A stretch of DNA of 33,132 bases, taken from positions 1-33,132 of the forward strand of contig BDIP01000080.1 of assembly GCA_003568945.1 (NCBI GenBank), read 5' to 3'. Each line of letters starts with the position of its first letter. Position 1 is the stretch's first letter. Both the position numbers and the translations under genes were made by a program. The notes beneath the pieces are model-generated. The model did not search any database. It was given only the letters and a program-made list of their open reading frames with translations, and was not told where the DNA came from. The stretch is from Kipferlia bialata (lineage: Eukaryota). This document shows positions 1 to 12,400 of this stretch, one piece after another.

Positions 1-16
1 GCACCTGATATCCTTT

Positions 17-51
17 CCCCCCCCCCCCCCCCCCCCCCCACCCCCACCCCC
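17..51. repeat. Poly-C tract in the intron end preceding exon 1
   Basis: Near-pure C run directly upstream of the TAG acceptor. Confidence 0.9.
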
Positions 52-54
52 TAG

Positions 55-149
55 GTTTCTGATCCCCATTGTCATTGTCATTGTCCTGTGGCAGTGGCCC
101 GCCATTGTGTTGACCACAGTGGATCCCAATGACCACCCAGTGGTATGTT

Positions 150-185
<36 letters not shown>

Positions 186-678
186 TTTGACTCCACCACG
201 TCAATGTATGTGGTTTGTATCCATCTCTCTCTTCCCATCTCTCTATGTATATATGTGTATATACATGAGTGTATATCTAACATTGCTATACCCACCCCCA
301 GACCCAGTCCATGCACATCTCTCTCTTTTCTATATTAAATATTCTATATTCATGTTGATATTTGTGATATATAAATATGTATATATATCATATTTGTTCT
401 TGAGCCCCAGGCCCAGTCCATGCCCCTTGTGCCCACATGTGCTGTCTATGATGGCAGTGACGGGCGGTGAGTATTGTATAAGGGCAACTATTCTAATATA
501 TATATGTATATCTATAGGTAACATCTGGTATCTGTCTATGTACCTCCCTCCAGTGTATTTGCATACCCTTCATGCCATTTCTACATATGTGTATAATTGT
601 ATTTGACTGTATGTGTTTGTACCTTGACCACTGGAGGTGTACGGCGATCTCTGTAGGGTCTCTATATCCCTTTGCTGC

Positions 679-714
<36 letters not shown>

Positions 715-770
715 TCTCTAACCCCCTAGGTATGGCCCAGGTGTCCCCCAGCCTGACTCGCGGTGTCACA

Positions 771-808
<38 letters not shown>

Positions 809-1466
809 TGTACCATAATATTCATGTATATACACTAACACAGCTATGGCCCTGGTGTCCCCCAGCCTGACACTGAGTGTGTGTCTCTCCCTCTGTCTCT
901 ATATGTACCATAATATATATGTGTATATATACTAGCACAGCTATGGCCCGGGTGTCCCCCAGCCTGACACTGAGTGTGTGTGTCTCTCTCTCTCTATATA
1001 TATACCCTAATATATATGTTCACATATACTGACCCAGGTATGGCCCGGGTGTCCCCCAGCCTGACACTGAGTGTGTGTCTCTGGCCTTTGCCCCCGGTAA
1101 CAACATGGCTGTCAACAGAACTATGGACGCTTTAGTAGGTACCACATATTTTATTGTTTGTTATCCTCAATTCATACATGTATACATATATATATATATA
1201 CAAGTTGGACAATCAACAGGACCATGGACGCACTCGTGGGTACGTCATGTTGGATAGTGGTTGTTGATGTATATGTGATATGTATGAGTATATATGCATG
1301 GCTGTCAACCGGACAATGGACGCATTAGTAGGTACGTACTGTTATGATTATACATGTATATGTATATGTATGTGTATATGGCTGTAAACTGAACCATGGA
1401 CGCACTGGTCGTTACGGACAGCGTAGTGTATAGAGTGTACCGACTTCGACATTATCCCCATTGTAT

Positions 1467-1506
<40 letters not shown>

Positions 1507-4500
1507 CCCAGCTGACTTTGGGTGGGAGGGTGAGACTGTCATATACTTACCATTGTCTCTCCATACAATTATCTTTGAGATACGTGCCTCATTACCCTAA
1601 CTCCCCAGCTGAGTTTGGGTGGGAGGATGAGTCCATCATGGTCTTTGACTCTGGCACTGCTCTGAACAACTACGCCAACAGCAACCCAGGCGTCATATGG
1701 CTAGGTGGGGTCTTTACACATACTCATCATCTATTTTACCTATGTCATATATGTAGTAGTGATAGTAGTAACACTATGTCTGTATATTGTTTTATCTGTT
1801 TGTAGTATTGTATACATACCCGCTCTATTATGTATGCCGTTCATAGTATACACACCTCACCCCAGGTGTCTCCTTTGCCGGTGTGACTGACACTGAGACC
1901 CTCCCTGCCAACATAGACTACACCATACACTACAACCAGACCATTCTAGGTATGAGCATAGAGTCTGCATTCATGAATCTCGCTATATATATACTTAATA
2001 TCTGTTCCTACCCCCATACAATGACTACCTGTACATGACATCTTGTACATTTATAGTTATATATATAAATATATATAGTATTCATATCTACTCTGACCCC
2101 AGACAATGCCTACCTGTACATGACATCTTGTACATTTATAGTTATATATATATATATTGTATACTATATCTACTCTGACCCCAGACAATGCCTACCTGTA
2201 CATGACCGATGGACTGGACCCCCTGGCAGACGAGTATGGCAAGGTGTATGACTCAATTACATNNNNNNNNNNNNNNNNNNNNNNNNNNNNNNNNNNNNNN
2301 NNNNNNNNNNNNNNNNNNNNNNNNNNNNNNNNNNNNNNNNNNNNNNNNNNNNNNNNNNNNNTATATATATATATGACAGATGGACTGGACCCCCTGGCAG
2401 ACGAGTATGGCAAGGTATATGATATATATATGCATACTATATATAGATAATGTTTGTATATAGTAGTTGCCTTGTCTGGCTTCACCCTCTATGCCCAGCA
2501 TGATCTATATCCCTCTCTCTATATTTATATATATATTTATATATTAACACCCCAGGTTGCCTGGTCCGGCTTCACCCTCTATGCCCAGCATGCTGTGGAG
2601 AAGGCAGTCATATACGAGCAGACAGGGACAACATTTGACCCACTGGTAAGTGTATAGTCACACATACCCGTATATAGGTGTGTATATGAGTACATATAGA
2701 GTGTGTTACTATAATAGTTACCGCAATCGGAGGTATTATTAGACATGGATATCATTTGACCCACTTGTACGTATAAGTTTGTAATTTGATGTGTGTTGGT
2801 TCTATATATATCTGACTCGTATAAGTAGTAATTATTGGGTTCATACTCACTGTTCCTTCTCACACTAGGTCAAGGGATACCCCTCGAGAAGTCTAGCTGA
2901 TGAGTTCATGCTGCCAGGTATGGGATATAGCAGTAACATATATAAACACTATATACATATTGTGTGTATAATCTACTCTACTATACAGTGCTTGAGTTCA
3001 TGCTGCCAGGTGTGGGATGCTATGATATATGTATACATATACCATACTATGTATGTGTTGTAAGCAAACAGTATACCTGATGAGTTCATGCTGTCAGGTA
3101 GCGGATTACTATTACTATGTTGTAAGATATATACTGTGTATATGATGTCTCTAGGTATACAGTGCTTGAGTCCCTGCTGCCAGGTAGGGGATTGTGTAGA
3201 GCATTCAATACCGATAGTGTATTCTGCAATCCGTGAAATCGTAGTCAGTGTCGTCGTGCTACCAGATATGAGTGCAAGCAGAATACTGTAATTGTGTATG
3301 ATTCATTCTACATTTGAATGTCACTACATTCCTCCCCCACCCCCAGACCCCATGACCAGTGCCGTCCTGATATCAATGCTGCTGTCATATCAGGTAACTC
3401 GATGGTGATTCATGTATGTGCCTCTATTGCTTGCTCAGCACTGTGCATATACATTAGTGTGTGTGGTATACATGCTCCTGTCATATCAGGTGTCGTGACT
3501 CTCATCCACCTGTGTTACTTGGTACTTCTTGCTAATTCACTGTACATGCACACACATACATATCTCACTCCAGATATTCATGGTTGCCCAAGGTGCTGTG
3601 GTTGAGAAGAAACAAGGGAAACTGGAGGCTCTGAGAGTAATGGGAGTGAGGTATGGTCTCTATCTCGCTTACACAGAAATATGTATACTCTTCCTATATG
3701 GGAGTGATGTATATATATATATATGCTCTTCTGCTGACTGAACTGGCCCTCTCTTTTTTTGTCTCTCGCTCTCTCTCTCTCTCTCTCAATATATATATTT
3801 GTATATTATATGTATACTCTACTACGCTCTACTTTTACCCCAGAGACCCCCTGTACTGGCTGAGTTGGGCCCTCGTCCAGATGTTCATCTTCACCCTCAC
3901 TCTGATACCCTTCCTCCTGTTGCTGCACTTGATACCGGACTGTGACATCTTTGGATACGTGGATGTGGGTGAGTATATGTATAGCATATATAGTGTATAT
4001 AGTATGTATATATATATATGTGTTATAGTATATACCTGACTGTGACATATTTGGATACGTGGATGTGGGTGAGTGGGTGTGCTATACCTGTATACAGTGT
4101 GTGTACGATATTTGTATGAATCAGAATCAAGATGAGAGCTATTTCTTTCCATAATCCCATCTGCACCCCATCTACAGGTGTCACCTTCACCCTATTCTTC
4201 ATAATCGAGTATTTGTCAGTCTACATAATACCAGTAAATGTACTATATATATATATACATATTGTTACCCCTATATGTATGTCTTCCCGTTCTATCCTAC
4301 ACCCACTTCAGGCGTCACCTTCACCCTGTTCTTCATATTCGGCCTGGCAGCAACGTCCCTGGGACTGTTCGTGGGTATGCCGGTTAAGAGATATAGCGTA
4401 TATATACACATAGACAGCAACGTCCTTGAGACTGTTTGTGGGTAAGTATGTTGCGATGGTGATTAAATTGTCATCTCTGTTTCACGTATGTTCACATTTG

Positions 4501-6485
4501 AATTCATACTGATTCTGACCCCATGCTGTGTAACGACTGGCATCAATAATCAGTATATATATTATTATGTATTTGATCACGTTTATATTTATATATCTCT
4601 ATCCCTTCTGACCCCATGCTGTGTGACGACTGGCATCATCGGGGCCATGATCATGTGTCTGCTGATCACAATCACAGGTAGGGACTGGGGTTCAAGACTA
4701 CAATATATATCAGTATCTATATATGTACTCATGTACAGTATTCTGGATGTTGATCTAGCAGTGATAGGTAACTGCTTTCCACTGATACTCTCTATCCTTT
4801 GTCTCCATATTGTGTCTGAGTACTATTGTCACTCCTCTGTAACCCCCCACGTGATCGTACTCTATTTGCATATATATATATAGTTGTATCCATGTGACTC
4901 TCATGCCCCATGTTTGGCCAGATAATCTGTCTCTCTCTGTATATATATATATATATATATATATCCTAACCCTCAGGCATTCTGTGCCCCATGTTCGGCC
5001 AGATTGATGCCGATCTCATCTTCTACGATCCATCCTTCATACCCGTCGTGCTGCAAGTCATCCTGTTCAACATATTCCCGTTCATCCCACTGGCAGTATC
5101 ATTGGGGTACGTTAATAGTAATATAAGTATAGAGAGAGAGATGTGTATGCATGTAGTATCATCCTGTTCAACATATTCCCATTCATCCCGCTGGCCCTCT
5201 CACTAGGGTTCGTGGATACATTTTACATTGTGTTGCCACTCTCTCTCTCCCTCTCTCTACACCCCCTCTTCACCCCAGGGCCATGTACATCGTTGTGTTC
5301 CCCAGTGTCACTATCGACATGAACACATACGAGACAATCATTGTGCCACCTAGCGAGAGGTATTCATCCCACATTCTATGATAGTATTGCTGTATTTAGT
5401 ATCAGTATTTAGGCAAATACATATACAAAGTGTTTCACTGTACTGTGAACACATACGAGACAATCATGGTACCACCGAAGTGTATATACGTATGTATATA
5501 CTCATGTCAGGTTCACCTTTGCCATGCTGTTTGGGTCTGACCTCTATCAGTACGAGGGCATGGCCTGCATGGGGGGAGGTATGTATTCATGGCCGCGATA
5601 TATATATATATATATATATGATTGTATCTTTACTGTCACCCTCCCCCCCAGGCTGTTCCTATGACACCCCCCCTGTGGCCATTGCCCTGGTCAACTTGAT
5701 AGTCAGTGCGGTGCTGTGGCTGCTACTCACTTGGATAGTAGGTATTATATATAATAGATATACATATATATGACGTGGATAGTAGGTATTATACATAGTA
5801 GATATACATATATATGACGTGGATAGTAGGTATCTCCTATATTGCATATATGTAGTAATTGTAGTAGATACTTGTCAGTGCGGTGCTGTGGCTGCTGTTG
5901 ACTTGGATAGTAGGTATCTCCTATGCCATTCATTCATTGTTTTGAATACAGTGATTATCTCAAATATTGTAGAATCAATTTCCAATGTATAAATGTGTAT
6001 TGTATAAGCCGTACGTCTCTGTTTGTAGTATCAGTGTCACTATCACTATATACATTCCCCCACCCCAGGTGAGTGGATGAGCAAGAACGGCAGTATCAGT
6101 ATGAGTATGTGTCAGAATGTGTATATATCTATGTATATATATATGTGTCTATATATCTAACCATAGGGGAGTGGATGGCCAAGAACGGCAGCCCGGGTCG
6201 CAACCCCCTGCAGCTACTCCACAGGTAATGGTACATATAGATGTTGTATATTCTAGTGTTACTAGTGACTATATAGATACTCACTGTTCTTCATATGATA
6301 TATAGATATATATATATATAGATATGTCCTTCATTGACAGTGACCAGTATTGTATTCTCATGTCACATGATAGTAGTAGTATCAGTATATTCTCATGCCA
6401 CATGAAAGATACTATCAGGGTATCATCATTCTATTCTCATGCCCCAGGAGCTACTGGTCCGAGAGTGTCCCAGGCCAGAGTCAAG
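55..6485 (+). CDS. ABCA: ABCA exons 1-19: TM1, first exocytoplasmic domain and TMD1
   Basis: Exons: 55-142, 411-466, 1038-1138, 1609-1704, 1866-1949, 2185-2243, 2556-2645, 2869-2917, 3347-3393, 3574-3650, 3844-3968, 4312-4374, 4618-4677 (AT acceptor inferred), 4977-5106, 5279-5359, 5511-5578, 5652-5741, 6167-6224, 6448-6485. Translation includes FLIPIVIVIVLWQW, WSGFTLYAQHAVEKA, VVEKKQGKLEALRVMGVRDPLYWLSW, several hydrophobic helices and RSYW. Confidence 0.85.
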
Positions 6486-9400
6486 GTACGGCATATATAT
6501 ATATATATACATATATACTTACTGTTACATATATTATATACATCCATATAGTATCCCAGGGAGTGTCCCGGGCCAGAGTCAAGGTGCGGTAGAGTATCTG
6601 TATATCCATGTATACATTAATTATACATACATATTTGTTACTGTATTAGTATATACTCCCAGAGTGTCCCAGGCCAGAGTCAGGGTACGGCAGAGTATAT
6701 ACATGTATCCATATGCATCCATTAAATGTCCCATTGCACCCCACTTTCAGACAGGCACAAGTCTATGTCTTTCTTGTTATATATATATATAAAAATATGA
6801 ATATGCATACTCACCACTCCACACAGGCACAAGACTCTCTCTCTTTCTCTATGTATATATATGACTATATGGTATTTACGTATTAGTCTATACTCATCTA
6901 TACTCACCCCTTCAGACAGGCACAAGCGTGTCCCTGTCCCCTACAATGAGGCAACGGGTACAGCTGACAGGCTGGAGCCCTTAGACTCAGGTGCATATAT
7001 ACACCTGTACATAGTTGTCCCATGTGTATATATATGTAACTATAACAAATATATTGTACAGCTTACAGGCTGGATCCCTTGGACTCAGGCATTAATATAA
7101 CTATATACATGTCTAGTTATATGCATATCCATATACACCTAACCCGTAGATGTATGACAGGAGATTGTGTCTTTCCTAGCCATTTTATCATGATAGTACT
7201 CCATGTATATGTTTGTATATACATACACGTCTCACCCCCAGATGCATGACAGGAGATGGTGTCTGTACATTCTCTGTCTCTATGGGACCATATATAAGTG
7301 TATTCCTCCTCTGGACTTAGTACCTGTATATATATATATACATACATACCTAACCCTAGATGTGAGACAGGAGATGGTGTCTGTGCTGACACACCCGTCG
7401 CTGGAGAAGGCAGTGGTGAGTGTATGTATGCATATATCCGATTGTATACCATACATTGTGGAAATATACGTTTTTAGTGTGTATATATAGACATCCATCG
7501 CTGGAGAAGGCAGTGGTGAGTGCATGTATGTAAAAATATATATATTCAGATAGGTATGTATAGGTAGTTCGGCGATGAATACGACAGCGTTAGTATTGTA
7601 TGGTAAAAGCATTTATACTTGTATTTCTGGTTGGATTCTCAATTCGTCTGACCCGTGTCCTTCATTTTCACTCTAGGTTGTTGCCCACTCTCTGGACAAG
7701 ACCTTCAGGACACGGGGCAAGTCATATAACAAGGCGGTGGACGGAATCACGCTCAGGTATATATATTTATATATATGTATATATATGTATATATATATGC
7801 GTGTGTCTTACACGTATGACCATGGTACTCAACAAGTATATGACTTGATCTGATACAACAACAATGGATGGATTTGGCCTCAGGCATGCACTGCATCTTG
7901 CTTCACATAGGAGTGTTTTGTAATATACTCTTAATCCTATATATGAGTGTTCTTTATAGTAGTGCATCTCATCCGAGGATCAAGCAGGGCCAGACCTTCT
8001 GTCTCCTGGGCCACAATGGGGCAGGGAAGAGTACCACCATAGACATGCTCACAGGTACAGTATTTGTCACAGTAGTGTATATAGAGTGTGTATATACATA
8101 AGTATCACAGTTGAGATGCTCACAGGTGTATAGGCAGTGGCATTAATGTATACGTGTTGTATCAATGATATATACAAGTACCACCATAGACATACTCACA
8201 GGCATATATATATAGTGTACAAAGTCCCCCAGTGACATACCCATAGGGTCATTCGTACTTAATGGCCACAGTCGTACCATCCTTAGGCCTAACCCCAGGC
8301 ACCCTGAAGCCCGACAACCCCGCCTCCTCCAGACTGGGCAAGGCCTGGATCAGTGGGCTCTCACTCAACAAGCACCCGCTGCAGATCAGGTACATGCCTA
8401 TATATTTGCTTATGTCTTTACTAATACCCACAGTACTATTTCTTTCAGTCTTACCCTCACAGGCGTACTCTAGGCATCTGTATCTAACGCCCACAATATA
8501 CACACCCTAACACTATATCAACCACCACCATCCATTCATTCCATTTATACCCACCCCCAGGCGCACCCTTGGCATCTGCCCCCAGGGCAACACCACCATA
8601 TGGCCATCCCTGACACCCATGCAGCACATGTGGATAGTGGGCATGCTCAAGGGTGTGTAATATATAGGATATGCACTGGTATATATATGTATATATATTT
8701 ATGGATATGAGTGTGTGCTGTAAACCTATATGTGAATATAAGTATATACCCATGCAGCACATGTGGATAGTGGGCATGCTCAAGGGTGTGTATATATGAT
8801 ATGTATATATCGTATATGTATATGTGAGTGTATTCTGTACGTATATGCAGCACATGTGGATAGTGGGCATGCTCAAGGGTGGGTATATTGGATATATATA
8901 TGTGTGTGTATGTATGTATATATATGTATATATATACACCCATGCAGCACATGTGGATAGTGGGCATGCTCAAGAGTGGGTATATTGGATATATATATAT
9001 GTGTGTGAGATGTATGTTTGTATATGTATATCCATGCAGCACACACACACATATATATATATGTGTGATATGTATGCACTCTCACCCCGGACATACCCAA
9101 GTGTCCAATACACACATATGTATATATATATATATGTGTGTGTGTATATATATATGTATGTATATATATATGTGTGTGTATATGTATGCACTCTCATCCC
9201 CAGGCATCCCCAAGTGCCTTATTCAGAACATGGCCATTGTGTTGTCTTGCCATTATATACTATATGTGTTCTGTATCTACTCTCTATCTACTCTCTATCC
9301 ATCCCCACCCCCAGGCATACCCAAGTGCCTCATTCAGAACATGGCCCTAGAGCTGCTGGGCTATGTTGATCTACTCGATGTCAAGAACAAACCGGCTGGA

Positions 9401-12400
9401 CAGTACGTGACTTGGATGTATCACTTGTAGACATTGTATGTACTAGAGTGACACACATACATCACCCATATACCCACTCTCATGTCAGGACAGTACGTGA
9501 CATGGATATATATCACATAGATATTTCACTCATTGGTAGTGTGTATACTGTCATATGAGGTGGATCTAGGTGGATATATATACCCTCTCTCATGTCAGGT
9601 TCTCGGGTGGTATGCTGCGGCGTCTGTGCATAGCCATGGCATTCACAGGGTGCCCAAGGCTGGTCATACTGGATGAACCATCGACAGGTGTATGAGATAG
9701 ATATAGATAGATGGATAGACATATATATAGATAGATAGATAGATAGATGAACCATCGACAGGTGAGTTTAGATATAGATATATATAGATATATATATATA
9801 TATATAGTTAAGCAGTATGTGCAGGTCATACTGGACGAACCATCGACAGGTGTGTGTAGAAGTATGGATATAGTACAGGTATTCTGATATGGACGAGCCG
9901 TGTAGGAGCGTGGGTACACATGGTGTACCTCAGTATGGCATCACCATTGTATTCATTGATACTATAATATACTGCGACTGATCCTAGGCCTAGACCCCAT
10001 TGCCAGGCACATTGTGTACCCTATATATACATATGTATAATTCTATATGTGTATAGTGTAATTCACTTACTCCAGGCCTAGACCCCATTGCGAGACACAC
10101 TGTGTGGACTCATACTCTATATATATGTGTGTGTGTATATCGTGTGTAGTGAATAGTCTAACCCCAGGCCTAGACCCCATTGCCAGACACACTGTGTGGA
10201 CTCGTACTCTCTGTCACTCTCTCTCTCNNNNNNNNNNNNNNNNNNNNNNNNNNNNNNNNNNNNNNNNNNNNNNNNNNNNNNNNNNNNNNNNNNNNNNNNN
10301 NNNNNATTACTATTTCTAAATCCCAGGCCTCGACCCCATTGCCAGACACACTGTGTGGACAGCAGTGGAGGCCATCACTGGGAAGAGGCAGCAGATGCCG
10401 ACATACGGCAGGAATGGACACCTCAGAAGGTAACGTATCATTTGGCTGATGCCAGTAGTGCAGAGATTAGTACTTATATCTCTTCTGGGATGGTGGACCC
10501 TCCCTCACTATGTACAATATTCATACATTATAATATGTATTGTATACATTATAATATGTAAACATAAAGCCTTACCCTAGGAAGTGGGCTCCCCCACCTG
10601 CTATTACGAAGTAGTACTAGTAGATACTATATACATTCAAATACTATGCATACCATACCCTGACACCTAGGAAGTGGGACCCCCCACTCACTCTGTAGAG
10701 TGTGATCATACCCATATCCTGTATCCATATATACAGTGTATGTATATATATACATATACAGTGTTATCCTTACCTTAGGAAGTGGGCCCCCCCACCTGCT
10801 GTGATGCTGACCAGCCATGACATGCCAGAGGCAGAGAGGCTGGGGGACGTGGTGGCAATCATGAGCAAGGTGGGGATGTATAGTGTGTCCTACTAGTTGT
10901 ATATGTATACTAATTGCTATATATGTATATGTATCTGTGTGGCAATCATGAGCAGGATGGAGACATACATAAATGGAATGTTCTTACATGTATATATGGA
11001 TATGAAGAGATATATAAGGATATGAAGAGAAAGATATGTTTCAGCTATATGTATATCCATCTTACTGAGTGTGGTGGCAATCATGCGCAAGGGATGGTGT
11101 ATCCTTATGGAAATATCCCTTATGTAGCAATAGTGTAGCAATCATTCTGCCTCTTGGAAGTTGTGTTGGCTATTGGCAAGTTGTGGATGCGATACCAGTT
11201 CTTCCACTCTCTCACCCCAGGGTCAGATTGCAGCCCTTGGCACAGTCATGCACCTCAAGGTATGTGTGTGTGTACATATGGAGATACAGTCTGATTCCCT
11301 ATTAATACCCCTGATTCTCTCTGTATGTCAGCTGATACCAGTATTTTCTTACACTCTGTACATATATGTATAGATACACCCACTGACCCCAGGCCAAGTT
11401 TGGGACAGGCTTTGTGATATCAGTTGTGGCAGACGCTGCTAACCACACGTCCAGGATAGCACGGGCTATTAGGAGGTATGTGAGATATATATACATAGAG
11501 TGTAGAAATAGTGTGTACTACTGTATGTCAATACTTCTACCATAGCATAGGATATTTGGAGGTGTATACATATGTATTGTTCATAGTATATATTTGCTGT
11601 ATATCCATACTCTCCCGAGTATAGTATAGCCTCTGCATACATATATCTCACTCAGGTCATGCCGTGATATGGACATTGACTATGTGGACCTCGCACCAGA
11701 GCTAGAAGGTACCACAGTTATATGGTATTGTGATACACAAGGCAGTAGTTTGTATACATACATGAATATGCATATGTATATATATATATCATAGACTATG
11801 TGGACCTGGCACCAGAGCTTGAAGGTATTGGTTGCATCATAACCTACAATACTATTTTCAATGTATCACAGTACAGCACACGCACACACACATACATATA
11901 TTTATATATATATATATATATACATGTCCTTATACCCCAGGTGTCACTTCCGATGCCCAGGAGGAGGAGGGACCGAGACAGTGGGGTGAGGGAGAGGAGG
12001 GAGAGCGAGAGGGAGAGGAGGAGGATGACGAACCTGAGCCAACAGGCAGAGGTATGCATATATGGCAATGTATACTATATATACAGTAGTCCAGGTGTTG
12101 TGGAACCGGCCTATTCTTCTGCTTACCTGATACTGATACTGATACCTCAGGTGGCTTCACTGAGGCCCTCATGGATCTATACGACGACCCAGAGTCTGAG
12201 GTGCGTATGTATACCAATATATATACCATTATATATACACTACACCATTTGTGTCCATTATTTACTCTATTCATTGCCTCATGGATCTATACGACGACCC
12301 AGAGTCGGAGGTGCGTATGTACTACTGTATGTGTATTCTCATTAGTATATTTGACGACTCAGAATCTAAAGGGTGGACAGTGAGTCATTTCGCTCTCTCT

